Origin: Archaeoglobaceae archaeon
GTDB taxonomy: Archaea; Halobacteriota; Archaeoglobi; Archaeoglobales; Archaeoglobaceae
Reading direction: 5' to 3'
Length of the DNA: 64,000 bases
NCBI GenBank assembly: GCA_026988525.1
Contig: JALSLC010000006.1
Coordinates: 123-64,122 of the forward strand
The notes beneath the pieces are model-generated. The model saw nothing but the letters and a program-made list of their open reading frames with translations. It was not told the DNA's origin and made no database searches. The first letter of the stretch is position 1; each line of letters starts with the position of its first letter. Shown here piece by piece: positions 31,944 through 41,851 of this stretch. Made by a program: the position numbers and the translations under genes.

Positions 31944-32555
31944 TCAAAGTGAGAACGTCCTAACATTAAATTTTGCTTTTTTAACCATATCTCCAAAATC
32001 AGGATGAATATTACACCCCTTAGTTATTGGATGTTTTGGAGAGTATTGACATTTTTCTTTAAATTTTATTGAAATATCGTAGGTACCAATTTTTTTAGCT
32101 ATATCTACTATTTCAACTTTATCCATTCCTACAAGTGGTCTAACTACAGGTATTTCCAAGAGTGACTCTTCAGATTTTAAATTCAGTATAGTTTGACTTG
32201 CAACCTGTCCTAAGCTATCACCAGTAACTATGGCTTTACATCCAAATTTCTTTGCGAGTTCTTCCGCAAACAACAGCATTCCAGATTTACAATAGACACA
32301 CACATCATCATTGGTAGAGTAAGAAAGAACTATCTCCATAAGCTCTTCATGATCTACAACAAACAGTTTAAAACCTGAACCGAGAACTTTAATTATTTCT
32401 TTTACATATTTTTCCGAGTTTTTTTGGTTAAAATGCAAAAAAATGGGATTGTGTTCTATTAATAGATAACTTGAAACGGGTGAATCTATACCAGCAGATA
32501 TTAAAGATACTATTATTATATCACCCCCAGTATTTTTAATGCCACTACATAACAT
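31944..32555 (-). CDS. stand-alone PP-loop ATP pyrophosphatase, ThiI C-terminal-domain-like
   Basis: PP-loop variant 'SAGIDSPV', 'TGDSLGQVASQT', 'RPLVGMDKVEI', as in ThiI. No THUMP domain. Confidence 0.6.
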   Translation of the reverse strand: MLCSGIKNTGGDIIIVSLISAGIDSPVSSYLLIEHNPIFLHFNQKNSEKYVKEIIKVLGSGFKLFVVDHEELMEIVLSYSTNDDVCVYCKSGMLLFAEELAKKFGCKAIVTGDSLGQVASQTILNLKSEESLLEIPVVRPLVGMDKVEIVDIAKKIGTYDISIKFKEKCQYSPKHPITKGCNIHPDFGDMVKKAKFNVRTFSL

Positions 32556-33721
32556 GCAGTACCGGCAATGTCCATGAAAGATGCTATTATTGGTATCCCT
32601 ACATTATCTGGATCAATACCTTTTCTAAAAGAAATTACTGAAAAGTAGTAAGCCATAGTATCTATTATAAACATGATTAATTGCCCAGCTACTAAACTTA
32701 CAAGAACCATTCTTGGCAAAGATATTGTTGGAATGTGAAGTAAAATGTTAATAGTGTATCCAAAAATACCAACCATCGTAAACATGAATGCTGCTACCAA
32801 ATGCATAACTGCAAAAGTATAAAATACATCCTTATCTGGTTTTGTTTTTGGCTCTAATAAACCCAAATGCAGTAATGACGAGAAACGAGCAGCCAATATA
32901 CCACCAATTGATCCCCCATCCTCTAAAAAGGCTGGGACTAACGTTAAAAGTCCGGCAGTTGCTATAAATTTATCAAGTTTATCTCCAAGTATAGTCCCAG
33001 CTCCAAAATCAAGAACAACACATATTGCGAGTATTGGTAAGCTTTCCAACACTATCCTTCTTCCAACATCCGATTTTACGTAGTTTAAAACTACAAACAC
33101 TGTTAGAAAAATAATAATCAAAGCAAAAGTTTTCTCTTCAAAACTAACTTTTACCACAAACAAAGTTGCTGCAAACAATACTGGTAAAGTTACCATATCT
33201 CCAAACAAAGTTACTATTGGTATAGTTGTATGGTCAGGATTCCAACCCCATCTATAACTGCCTATGGAAACCAAGATCGTTGCTGGAACTAAAATACTAA
33301 AGGAAATGAAAGCAGTAATCTCAGCTACAAGAATTAAATTAACAGTAGTTATTAAAAAATTTTTATTTATTTTAAGTAAAAATGCGATTATAGATGCTGC
33401 AAAGCCATCAATAAATCCAAAAAACATGAGTAAAAATAAAGCAGAAAGCACATTTTGATTAAGTAACTTGTTTGGTTTAAAAGATGGAATTAATCTACCA
33501 GTATGTAAGTAGGAACTTAACCTTGAACCAAGAGATGAGAATACATTACCTCTCAAACCAGCACTTGGAGGAATTAATATAATCAGCGCTGGAAGAAGTA
33601 AAAAAATTGAAGAATTGTGCCCCATGACGAGACCAGTAATCAAATCCCCAACAGTACACAAAAATAGAGCCAAAATACACTCCCAAACGTCTTTTTTCGT
33701 TGGTCTCGTCGATATTGGCAA
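32516..33721 (-). CDS. MgtE/SLC41-type divalent-cation transporter, duplicated membrane domain
   Basis: Two repeats of the MgtE membrane module ('RGNVFSSLGSRLSSYLHTG' / 'GGILAARFSSLLHLG'; 'DPDNVGIPIIASFMDIAGT'). Confidence 0.65.
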   Translation of the reverse strand: MPISTRPTKKDVWECILALFLCTVGDLITGLVMGHNSSIFLLLPALIILIPPSAGLRGNVFSSLGSRLSSYLHTGRLIPSFKPNKLLNQNVLSALFLLMFFGFIDGFAASIIAFLLKINKNFLITTVNLILVAEITAFISFSILVPATILVSIGSYRWGWNPDHTTIPIVTLFGDMVTLPVLFAATLFVVKVSFEEKTFALIIIFLTVFVVLNYVKSDVGRRIVLESLPILAICVVLDFGAGTILGDKLDKFIATAGLLTLVPAFLEDGGSIGGILAARFSSLLHLGLLEPKTKPDKDVFYTFAVMHLVAAFMFTMVGIFGYTINILLHIPTISLPRMVLVSLVAGQLIMFIIDTMAYYFSVISFRKGIDPDNVGIPIIASFMDIAGTACYVVALKILGVI

Positions 33722-33730
33722 CGAACCACC

Positions 33731-33844
33731 TCACTTAAGTTTTTTCTCTATATCCATAGCTTTTTTCAATGTAATCAAAAACATAAGGAAAACTAACACC
33801 ATTACAACCATTACAGCTTCAAATACAGCTACAAAATCACTCAT
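33731..33844 (-). CDS. 37-aa single-TM ORF overlapping the ccmC stop (CcmD-like?); not in the ORF track
   Basis: Its ATG sits inside ...GAGTATGAGTGA, which contains the ccmC stop. Translation 'MSDFVAVFEAVMVVMVLVFLMFLITLKKAMDIEKKLK'. Confidence 0.4.
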   Translation of the reverse strand: MSDFVAVFEAVMVVMVLVFLMFLITLKKAMDIEKKLK

Positions 33845-34490
33845 ACTCCACCTCCATTTCAAGTTTTGTTAATTTTACATCCAATATCAAGAAAGATACG
33901 TACATCAACAAAAAGGACAGTATCATTGGTCCTAATGCCCTTCCTACATTAAAACCAATTTGTAGAGATTGTGTAGTTGGATGCAACGAAAAAAACATCT
34001 TAGCTGAAAGATAGCTTAATGGAATTGTTGTATAACATAATATAGCCAATATTGATGAAACTTTTGCTTTTTCTGCTGGATCTTCTATAGAGGATCTGAT
34101 TGCAAAGTAGGCTGCGTAAGCTGCCCATAATATAAGAACAGTTGTTTCTCTTGGGTCCCAATTCCAGTAAGCACCCCAAGCAGCTTTAGCCCATATGGAT
34201 CCACTTATCAACGCGGCAGTAATCATAAAAAATCCGGCTTTTGCAGATGAAACAGCTATAATGTCCCACTTTTCCTCTCTTTTTATTAAGTATAAAATAG
34301 CCATAACGAGAGTAACTGTAAAAGCTGTATAGGCTGTTATTGCTGAAGGTAAGTGGAAAAACAGTATTCTATAGTTGTTGTGCAGTATTGGTTCAACCGC
34401 TGGAGGTAATACGACCAATCCAATGTAAGATCCATAAGTAAAAAGTACAAAAGACAATACCATCAAAATCAAGGCTTTTTTCATGTCCAA
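33837..34490 (-). CDS. ccmC: cytochrome c maturation heme-handling protein CcmC
   Basis: Trp-rich signature 'WGAYWNWDPRETT' (WGxxWxWDxR), six TM segments, 217 aa. Confidence 0.85.
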   Translation of the reverse strand: MDMKKALILMVLSFVLFTYGSYIGLVVLPPAVEPILHNNYRILFFHLPSAITAYTAFTVTLVMAILYLIKREEKWDIIAVSSAKAGFFMITAALISGSIWAKAAWGAYWNWDPRETTVLILWAAYAAYFAIRSSIEDPAEKAKVSSILAILCYTTIPLSYLSAKMFFSLHPTTQSLQIGFNVGRALGPMILSFLLMYVSFLILDVKLTKLEMEVEYE

Positions 34491-34549
34491 TTTTCAAAAA
34501 GAAAAGGTATATAGTATTTTTGGATTAATAAAAAATTTAAAAGCTTAAG

Positions 34550-34738
34550 TTAACATTCGTCGTGAGAGATTGCTTCATTTGGGCAACTTTCAACACAAGA
34601 GCAACAAACAGAGCAATTTTCCATGTTAACTGGTACAGATTTTCCTTCTTCATTTAGTTCAAAAACATCTTCTGGACAAACAGAAATACACTCACCACAG
34701 CCATCGCACTTGTCATGATCTACAACTATGTTCACCAT
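34550..34738 (-). CDS. 2x[4Fe-4S] ferredoxin
   Basis: 'CDGCGECISVCP' and 'CSVCCSCVESCP'. The ATG at 34738 is preceded by GGAGGTGG. Confidence 0.85.
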   Translation of the reverse strand: MVNIVVDHDKCDGCGECISVCPEDVFELNEEGKSVPVNMENCSVCCSCVESCPNEAISHDEC

Positions 34739-34827
34739 ACCTATACCACCTCCAATTAAAATCAAAGCAAACTCAATTTAAACCTTTTGATTTATAAGTT
34801 CAAAAAACTTAAAAATTAAGAAAAAAG

Positions 34828-35067
34828 TTAACCTTCAGCTCTCCTCTTTTCATATTCTTCGATGTATCTTGGAGTTGCGTAATACGTTGTTGAACCAGAA
34901 GACCAGTAGGCCGCTTTGCCCTCCTCTATTAGATCCATAACTATTTTTTGTACAACTTTTTTGTTCATTCTAAGAACTTTTGCAAGGTCTTTTATTTTCC
35001 ATAGCTTCTGATCCAATTTTTCAAGCACTTTTTGTTTATCTTCTTCTGTATATGTTATTTCAACCAT
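34828..35067 (-). CDS. dsrD: dissimilatory sulfite reductase-associated protein DsrD
   Basis: 79-aa winged-helix protein with the 'YWSSGSTTYY' DsrD signature, directly downstream of dsrB. Confidence 0.85.
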   Translation of the reverse strand: MVEITYTEEDKQKVLEKLDQKLWKIKDLAKVLRMNKKVVQKIVMDLIEEGKAAYWSSGSTTYYATPRYIEEYEKRRAEG

Positions 35068-35110
35068 TTATATCACCATTGATACTGTAATTCTAATGTA
35101 ATAAATAGTT

Positions 35111-36223
35111 TTACCATCTGAACTGTGTTCCCACTCTGTATGATGCATACATGAATGGGGGTATTCTGAAGTCGTCAATTAAATGCCATGAGAACTCAAG
35201 TCCAGCAAGCTCGAAGAATCTTTCCCAGCCTATCCTCTCTATGAACTCAACCATTCTCTCATGCTTCTTAGCGTTGTTCGCCCAAGCCATAAATATCTGC
35301 TTAATCTTTTCTACGAGAGTTGGCCATCTCGGTGGTTCATTTGGTACCCATGGTACAACTACCTTAGATAACTCTGGCGGATGTCTTGCATCAGAAACTT
35401 TACCAGCACAGAGTATAGCAGCACCGTCATTCTCTGGATCGAATAGAGGCATACCCGGACACATTGTGTAACAGTTACCGCAGTACATGCACTTTTCTCC
35501 ATCAACTTCAAGTGTCTTCTCCTTTGCCTTAACTTTTATTGCAGCGGTTGGACAAGCTGCAGCAGTTGAAGGTAATTCACACATTCTTCTAACTGCATCA
35601 TCATCTACGAGTGGTGGTGTTCTGTGAATACCAACTATTGATATATCAGATGCGTGAACAGCTCCACACATGTTAGCACAGCAGGCAAGGCTTATTCTGC
35701 ACAATCCCGGCAATTTCATGTCAACGAAGTACTCATAGAGTTCATCCATAATGGCTTTAACAATACCGGAAGCATCAATAGCTGGAGTGTGGCAGTGTAT
35801 CCATCCCTGAGTGTGTATTATGTTAGTTAAACCATACTTACCTTTCGGAGTGTCCCAAGTACCACCACATGGAAATCCTACTTTTTCTTCTACTTCTTTT
35901 ATAAGGTCATCTATCTTGCTCTCATCAGTCAATATGAACTCAACATTGTGTCTGCTTGTCCATCTCAAGTAACCGTCACAGTACTTGTCTGCGATGTCAC
36001 AAAGCTCTCTGATGGTATAGATGCTTATAAGTCTTGGGGTACCAAATCTTACAACGTAAACTACATCTCCACTTTCAGCCACTCTCTTTATTACACCCGG
36101 TCTTATAACTTCATGGTAGGCCCACTTTCCATAGTTCTTCTTTAATACAGGGTGCATTAAATCTTTAAAGTATGGTGGCCCAAAATCAGTCTTCCACCAA
36201 GGAGGTTTCTCCTGCTGCTGCAT
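35111..36223 (-). CDS. dsrB: dissimilatory sulfite reductase beta subunit
   Basis: 'GWIHCHTP', '[20 protein letters not shown]', and ferredoxin insert 'CPTAAI...[12 protein letters not shown]'. Abuts dsrA with no gap. Confidence 0.95.
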   Translation of the reverse strand: MQQQEKPPWWKTDFGPPYFKDLMHPVLKKNYGKWAYHEVIRPGVIKRVAESGDVVYVVRFGTPRLISIYTIRELCDIADKYCDGYLRWTSRHNVEFILTDESKIDDLIKEVEEKVGFPCGGTWDTPKGKYGLTNIIHTQGWIHCHTPAIDASGIVKAIMDELYEYFVDMKLPGLCRISLACCANMCGAVHASDISIVGIHRTPPLVDDDAVRRMCELPSTAAACPTAAIKVKAKEKTLEVDGEKCMYCGNCYTMCPGMPLFDPENDGAAILCAGKVSDARHPPELSKVVVPWVPNEPPRWPTLVEKIKQIFMAWANNAKKHERMVEFIERIGWERFFELAGLEFSWHLIDDFRIPPFMYASYRVGTQFRW

Positions 36224-37519
36224 TTAAATCTCCTCCCCCTCATATTCAAATGATCTCCACTTCATACCCCTCTCCTTAAGCTTCTTAACAACTTCCGATT
36301 CTACAAGTTCTTCTTCCTTGAAGAACATGAACGGGTTAGTTCTTGGATGCTTGATCATTCTTACATCAGCTTCCTGTCCTATAACATTCAAGAATTCTCC
36401 AATACCTCTTCTCCATATTAGTTCTCCTACTCTCTCTCTGAACTTGCCTATGTCGTCCCACCATTCCCAGATCTTTTCAGCTATTTCACAGAGTGTGTCA
36501 AATAGCTCATCAGCCGGTATGAATGGTACAGCAACCCATCCTATTATTGCACCTTCTACGAATGGAGCCTTAGCACCAATAAGAACTGTTGCTCCTCTCT
36601 CCTTACCCGGCTTGAGAGCCTTAGGCATTTTGTTTATACAGTGCATACATCTTACACAATTTGAGTTGTCAATCTTGATTTCCTTCTTTTCTGCATCGTA
36701 GCTTATAGCTCCAGTTGGACAAAGCTTAACTACTTCCTCTTCTATGTCCATCCACTCTGCATATTCTTTAACTGCATCCTGATCAATCTGTATTTCGCCC
36801 TTCCAAGTTCCAATAACTGCACAATCTGCTCTTGCCTTAGCAGCTACACAGTCGTTGGGGCAGCCAGAGAATTTAAACTTGAACTTGTATGGCCACATTG
36901 GTCTGTGCAATTCATTCTGGAACTCCATAGTTATGTCATGGCAAATTTGTAGAGTGTCATAACATGCAAATTCACAGAGAGCTGGACCCATGCATGCTGA
37001 AGGAGTTCTCAAGTCTGAACCAGAACCACCAATATCGAATGGTGGGTCCAATTTCATCATATCTTCGAAGCAAGGCTGTAAGTATTCACTCTTTGTACCA
37101 AGAAGAATTATATCTCCAGTTGATCCGTGGAAGTTCGTAATACCACTACCCCACTTCTCCCATACATCCATAAGCTGTCTGAGAGCTTTAGTAGAATAGA
37201 ACCATCCACTTGGCATGTTTACACGTATTGTGTGGAAGTGGTGTACCTCAGGCACAATATCTTCAAGATCAGAATATCTACCTATAACTCCACCACCATA
37301 ACCAACAACTGAAACTATACCACCATGTTTCCAGTGTGTTTTCTTATCTTTGTAACTAATCTCAATCTGTTTCAAAAGAGCTCTTGCAGAGCCGGGCATC
37401 TTTATATCCTTACCCTCAGCAACAGCCTTGTCCTGTAATTCAGCAGTCTTCTTAATTTCTTTTACAAAACTAGGCCAAGGCCCATCAGGAATTTGGTCAA
37501 GCAAAGGTGTTTCTGACAA
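36224..37519 (-). CDS. dsrA: dissimilatory sulfite reductase alpha subunit
   Basis: '[16 protein letters not shown]' N-terminus, siroheme/cluster cysteines '[11 protein letters not shown]' and '[10 protein letters not shown]', ferredoxin insert 'CPTGAI...[12 protein letters not shown]'. TTG start after GGAGGTGAG. Confidence 0.95.
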   Translation of the reverse strand: MSETPLLDQIPDGPWPSFVKEIKKTAELQDKAVAEGKDIKMPGSARALLKQIEISYKDKKTHWKHGGIVSVVGYGGGVIGRYSDLEDIVPEVHHFHTIRVNMPSGWFYSTKALRQLMDVWEKWGSGITNFHGSTGDIILLGTKSEYLQPCFEDMMKLDPPFDIGGSGSDLRTPSACMGPALCEFACYDTLQICHDITMEFQNELHRPMWPYKFKFKFSGCPNDCVAAKARADCAVIGTWKGEIQIDQDAVKEYAEWMDIEEEVVKLCPTGAISYDAEKKEIKIDNSNCVRCMHCINKMPKALKPGKERGATVLIGAKAPFVEGAIIGWVAVPFIPADELFDTLCEIAEKIWEWWDDIGKFRERVGELIWRRGIGEFLNVIGQEADVRMIKHPRTNPFMFFKEEELVESEVVKKLKERGMKWRSFEYEGEEI

Positions 37520-37555
37520 ATTCTCACCTCCATTTAATTTTTAGCAATATCTTAG

Positions 37556-37564
37556 AATATATAA
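37556..37564 (-). promoter_or_regulatory. candidate TATA box of the dsrA promoter
   Basis: Minus-strand 'TTATATATT' lies about 40 nt upstream of the dsrA TTG start. That spacing would leave a short SD-containing leader. Confidence 0.35.
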
Positions 37565-37675
37565 GCCTTTCGAAGTTTATCCATCCGTTATTTGACGTAA
37601 CATTTATTTAGATAGCCCTAAAAGTTAAATCGAAATGCATGAATTCATATACCCAATGTTAAATAAGGTACATGA

Positions 37676-38404
37676 ATGAAAGTAGGTAAAGTTTACATTG
37701 TTGGAGCGGGGCCAGGAGATCCAGAATTGCTAACGTTAAAAGCTGTAAAAGTAATTAAAAAAGCTGATGTAATATTGTACGACAAGCTTGTTGGGAGTAA
37801 AATAGTTGAATTTCTTAAAGAATTAGATAAAGAAATTGTGTACGTCGGAAAAAACAGTGGAGAAAAAGGTAGTAAGAGACAAGAAGAGATAAACAACATA
37901 ATGAAAAAGTATGCTAAAGAAGGGAAGATAGTTGTTAGACTTAAAGGGGGTGACCCTTTTGTTTTTGGAAGAGGTGGTATTGAGGTTGAATTCTTAGCCA
38001 AGGAAGGAATTCCATTTGAAGTCATTCCCGGAGTTAGTAGTATAAATTCAGTACCAACCTGTGCCGGAATACCGCTAACTCATCCGGGATACTCTTCATC
38101 TATACTCATAGTCGCGGGTAGAGATGATGTGGAGGAGTGGAAAAAAACACCACTTAAAGGCACAATTGTCATATTGATGGGTAGAGATACCTTAGATAGT
38201 ATTTGTAAAAACTTAATTTCTAGTGGTAGAGATGAAAAAACTCCTGTTGCTGTAGTGGAAAATGGGACCTTACCTGAACAAAAGGTAATTGTAGGCACGT
38301 TAAAAGACATAGCTACGAAGACAAAAAACGTAAAAGGTCCAGCAATAATAATTGTGGGAGATGTTGTAAAGGTTAGAGATAAGTTACCAAATTTTAATCA
38401 ATAA
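37676..38404 (+). CDS. cobA: uroporphyrinogen-III C-methyltransferase (SUMT, siroheme branch)
   Basis: 'VYIVGAGPGDPELLTLKA', 'VVRLKGGDPFVFGRGGIE', 'IPGVSS'. Confidence 0.9.
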   Translation: MKVGKVYIVGAGPGDPELLTLKAVKVIKKADVILYDKLVGSKIVEFLKELDKEIVYVGKNSGEKGSKRQEEINNIMKKYAKEGKIVVRLKGGDPFVFGRGGIEVEFLAKEGIPFEVIPGVSSINSVPTCAGIPLTHPGYSSSILIVAGRDDVEEWKKTPLKGTIVILMGRDTLDSICKNLISSGRDEKTPVAVVENGTLPEQKVIVGTLKDIATKTKNVKGPAIIIVGDVVKVRDKLPNFNQ

Positions 38405-38441
38405 GTATTTGGTTTAACAATACTAATATATTTAAATGCTT

Positions 38442-39428
38442 TTAAACGTCACTTGTCGTGGAGCTATCCCAGAGTTCTATCTCTTTTACTGGTTTCCCGT
38501 CTTTTGTTTCTGGAGCCAACCAATCTATAAAGTGTTCAAAATTTATTCCATAAACTTTAAAAGTTACAACAATTGGTGAAAGTACACTATTTTCTTCAGT
38601 AAAATTTATTTTTGAAACAGTAGCCGCCTGTTTGTTTATATATACTGTGGATTCATTACCTTTCCAACCTCTTTTTAATTCAGCTCTCGCTGTATCTAAT
38701 ATTCTTTGCATTCTTAGTAATTCCCTAAATTTATCAAGTTTATTCGTTTTACCTACTAAAACACTTTTACTTTCATCAAATTCTAAGTCTATATCTGGGA
38801 ACAAATTTTCCACAGCTTTCTTAACTTTTTCAATATCTTCTGTTGGATTCACCTTAACATAAACTTCTGCTTCGACACATTTAGTAAATACTTTTAAAAT
38901 ATTTTTTATTTTATCTTTAAAATCTTCAAGACTTCCTATGTTTTCGACTGTAAGATTTGCTACATTCATTGCATCAAGCATGCCCCAAGATATTTCTCTT
39001 TCATCTCTCCTTTTTAAATCTTCAATACTTTTTATACTCAAATCGTCTCCTCTACATCTTGTCAAGGCTCTTTTAAATCGCACTTCTATTGGACATTCTA
39101 TGGAGATTAGAATGAAATCTTCTCCAAATGCTTTTTTAAATCGTTCTACCTCAGCAATACCTCTTATACCATCTATTACAACCACATCAGTATTTAATTC
39201 TCTTATTTTAGGAATGCATCTCTTAGCTATAGCATCCATTCCTTCTTTCTCCCTCAACTCATTCGCTATTTTTCCAGCGTTTTCATCGTTAAATTCTAAA
39301 CCTCTTTTTTTTACTTCCTCTCTAACAATATCACCCATAACTATTACAGGTATGCCCATTTCTTTTGCTACAGATGATGCTGTACTTTTACCGCTAAGAG
39401 GTAGTCCTACAAAAGCTATTATCTTCAT
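38442..39428 (-). CDS. fusion of a P-loop nucleotide kinase (UPF0200-like) with a UPF0201/COG1931-like domain
   Basis: N-terminal 'GLPLSGKST' P-loop kinase fold of about 170 aa. The C-terminal 150 aa ('VNPTEDIEKVKKAVENLFPD...') resembles the small archaeal UPF0201 proteins. Confidence 0.5.
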   Translation of the reverse strand: MKIIAFVGLPLSGKSTASSVAKEMGIPVIVMGDIVREEVKKRGLEFNDENAGKIANELREKEGMDAIAKRCIPKIRELNTDVVVIDGIRGIAEVERFKKAFGEDFILISIECPIEVRFKRALTRCRGDDLSIKSIEDLKRRDEREISWGMLDAMNVANLTVENIGSLEDFKDKIKNILKVFTKCVEAEVYVKVNPTEDIEKVKKAVENLFPDIDLEFDESKSVLVGKTNKLDKFRELLRMQRILDTARAELKRGWKGNESTVYINKQAATVSKINFTEENSVLSPIVVTFKVYGINFEHFIDWLAPETKDGKPVKEIELWDSSTTSDV

Positions 39429-39481
39429 GTTTCTGATTTTGAACGATAGGAAATATTAAGTATTCGAGAAAAGTTGAAAAA

Positions 39482-40249
39482 TTACAAGTTTTTAAGAAAA
39501 CTCATACTTTGAACTATCTCCTCTAAGCTACCTCTCTTAATTTCAAGTACTATTCTATCTAACCTCCTTATATACTTTCTCAGCTCAGCATAGTTAATTA
39601 ATCCTCTAAATATTGGATTGTGCTCATCGTAGGGTATTGTCCAAATTCCAAAGTTATTGTGTGCATGCATATGCCTGATGCTTCCATTTAACTTCTTAAA
39701 GAATTCATTTACTTCAAAATTTTTAATTAGTAATGAAGATAGATATGCATGTCCAATATCTATGTTTACTGAGACTTTTTTACAGCTTTCAACTATTTGA
39801 AGCATCTCCGTAGGAGTCTCTCCAACTCTACATATTCCACTTTCATCTCTATACAAGTTCTCTACTAATATTTCAACATCTGTTCTTTTTTCCAGTTCCT
39901 TCAAATTTTTGATGACGTTGTTTAAACTATCTTCACAATTCCTAAATACATCACCACAATGAAAAACTACTGCTTCGGCATTCACTTTTTCAGCAAACTT
40001 TAGTACTTTTTCAGCAGTTTTAATTCCTATATTTCTCGCTAAATCAATTCTAGTAACTTCTACTGGGGAATTCTGATACGGTGCGTGTATAGTTAAATCG
40101 TATTCTTTAACTTTCTCAACTGCCTCATCCCACTTCTCCGGATGTAATTCGGCAAGAGATAGTTCCACGAAGTCCGGCTGAATTTCTTCAAGCCAAAATT
40201 TTCCACCGAATTCCCATAGTATAGATGAATTAATACCTACTCTGCTCAT
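39482..40249 (-). CDS. xylose-isomerase-like TIM-barrel protein (sugar-phosphate isomerase/epimerase or AP-endonuclease 2 family)
   Basis: 'HAPY', 'VVFHCG', 'ILVENL', 'DIGHAY' beta-strand-end motifs. Confidence 0.6.
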   Translation of the reverse strand: MSRVGINSSILWEFGGKFWLEEIQPDFVELSLAELHPEKWDEAVEKVKEYDLTIHAPYQNSPVEVTRIDLARNIGIKTAEKVLKFAEKVNAEAVVFHCGDVFRNCEDSLNNVIKNLKELEKRTDVEILVENLYRDESGICRVGETPTEMLQIVESCKKVSVNIDIGHAYLSSLLIKNFEVNEFFKKLNGSIRHMHAHNNFGIWTIPYDEHNPIFRGLINYAELRKYIRRLDRIVLEIKRGSLEEIVQSMSFLKNL

Positions 40250-40399
40250 ATCTTACACCCTTTTAAAAATTTTTTCTAATAATATATTAAAATTTCTATA
40301 TATATTTATAGGAGATACCAAAAATATATATTTATCTTTATTCTACAAAAAATATATACTGTATAGTGTTCACTAAAAGTGGTCTAAAATAATAAGATG

Positions 40400-41572
40400 T
40401 TAGAAAAAGAGGCTTTTTAAATCCCAAAGCAACTTTGGATTTTTCTTTATTAATTCTTTTACTATTCCAGTAATGCTCATTTCTTTTAAATTGCTATCTG
40501 ATAAACTTTTAATTAGTTTATCCATAGTTTTATCGTCCATTTTTAATAATTTTTTCTGTAAAATTTTGTTTCTCTCCAAAGTCTTTCCAAAATCTTCCTT
40601 CCATAACCTATCATACTTACTCAAAAACTTTGAAGAGAAGTCGTTATTTTTCACAGCTTCAGCTGCTACTTTTCCAGCAATAATCCCCCCCTTCATAGCG
40701 TTTATTATACCTCCTCCTGTTATTGGATCTGCATGTCTTGCAGCATCCCCAACAAGTAAGCACCTTTCAGTAGATGCCTTTTCCATTGGACTTACAGGTA
40801 CAGCTCCAGCAACAACTTCTACAACGTGTGAAGTATCAATACCAACTTCATTCAAAAATCTATCAAGATAAACTTTGGCTGGTTCTTTTGCCATAGAAGG
40901 CATAACACCTATACCAAAATTACCAGAACTATTCCCTTTCGGAAATAACCAAATATATCCTCCCGGTGACCTACTATGGCCAAGCCAAAAGTGGCAATAG
41001 TCCATTTCATATTTCAAATTAGTAATCAAATACTGGACACAACTCTCTACTTCATTTAACTTTAAAGTAGTATCCAGACCCATCCATTTTCCAACTCTGC
41101 TTTCAACCCCATCTGCACCTATTACCATCTTAGCTGATACTTCAAAAACTTCACCCATTCTTCTCAATTTAATAACTAAGTGTTCTCTTTTTTTATCTAT
41201 ACCTATAGCTGAGGTTTTTACCATTACCTCCGATCCAGCTTTTGCTGCTTGCTTAGCCAACCATCTATCAAAAATTTTTCTTTCCAATACATAACCAACT
41301 TCGTTTCCTGCTTGTTCTTCAGATAACACTATTACACTATTGTCTGGAGAGTATATTTTTGCACCTGAAACTTCGGCAGCTATCCAAGATTTTTTAACTT
41401 CAACGAGAGATTCCAGTTCAACTTTGCTCACCCCTTCAGCACATCTAACAGGTGATCCTATTTCCTGTCTTTTTTCAACCATCAAAACTTTTACTCCATT
41501 CTCCGCTAATGTTTTAGCAGCCATGCTACCTCCGGGCCCGGCACCAACTACTACAACATCATATTCTGTCAA
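40400..41572 (-). CDS. digeranylgeranylglycerophospholipid (geranylgeranyl) reductase
   Basis: FAD fold '[13 protein letters not shown]', 'RCAEG', '[18 protein letters not shown]'. 390 aa. Confidence 0.9.
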   Translation of the reverse strand: MTEYDVVVVGAGPGGSMAAKTLAENGVKVLMVEKRQEIGSPVRCAEGVSKVELESLVEVKKSWIAAEVSGAKIYSPDNSVIVLSEEQAGNEVGYVLERKIFDRWLAKQAAKAGSEVMVKTSAIGIDKKREHLVIKLRRMGEVFEVSAKMVIGADGVESRVGKWMGLDTTLKLNEVESCVQYLITNLKYEMDYCHFWLGHSRSPGGYIWLFPKGNSSGNFGIGVMPSMAKEPAKVYLDRFLNEVGIDTSHVVEVVAGAVPVSPMEKASTERCLLVGDAARHADPITGGGIINAMKGGIIAGKVAAEAVKNNDFSSKFLSKYDRLWKEDFGKTLERNKILQKKLLKMDDKTMDKLIKSLSDSNLKEMSITGIVKELIKKNPKLLWDLKSLFF

Positions 41573-41575
41573 ATG

Positions 41576-41764
41576 TTACACCTCCTCAATGCTCAAAGCA
41601 TTCATAGGACATACTTTAACACACAATCCACAGCAATTACACTTGTTTTCATCAATTCTAAGAAAGGTCTCTACAAGCTCATTTGCGTTATTTTTACACA
41701 CTGAAATGCAAGCTCCACAGTAAGCACACTTAAATCTATTAATTATAAGTCTTTTAGATTGCAT
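41576..41764 (-). CDS. 2x[4Fe-4S] ferredoxin, partner of the geranylgeranyl reductase
   Basis: 'CAYCGACISVC' and 'CNCCGLCVKVCP'. Its stop is 4 nt from the reductase start. Confidence 0.8.
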   Translation of the reverse strand: MQSKRLIINRFKCAYCGACISVCKNNANELVETFLRIDENKCNCCGLCVKVCPMNALSIEEV

Positions 41765-41851
41765 AATATTTCTATTGTACTCTGTTTTTAAATTATTATC
41801 TTAAAATAGCGTTTGCGGAAAAGTTATTAACAACGTCGTGAATGCAAAATT

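Noticed and set aside
33546-33872. ORFs 33546..33734 (-) and 33615..33872 (+) around the mgtE-like start
   Set aside because: Both overlap better-supported genes (the MgtE-like gene, the 37-aa ORF and the ccmC end) and have no motifs or ribosome-binding sites.
38938-39459. 173-aa plus-strand ORF, plus similar ones at 40473..40871 and 41340..41723
   Set aside because: Antisense to the kinase-fusion gene and to geranylgeranyl reductase respectively. Ser/Leu/Phe-rich shadow ORFs.
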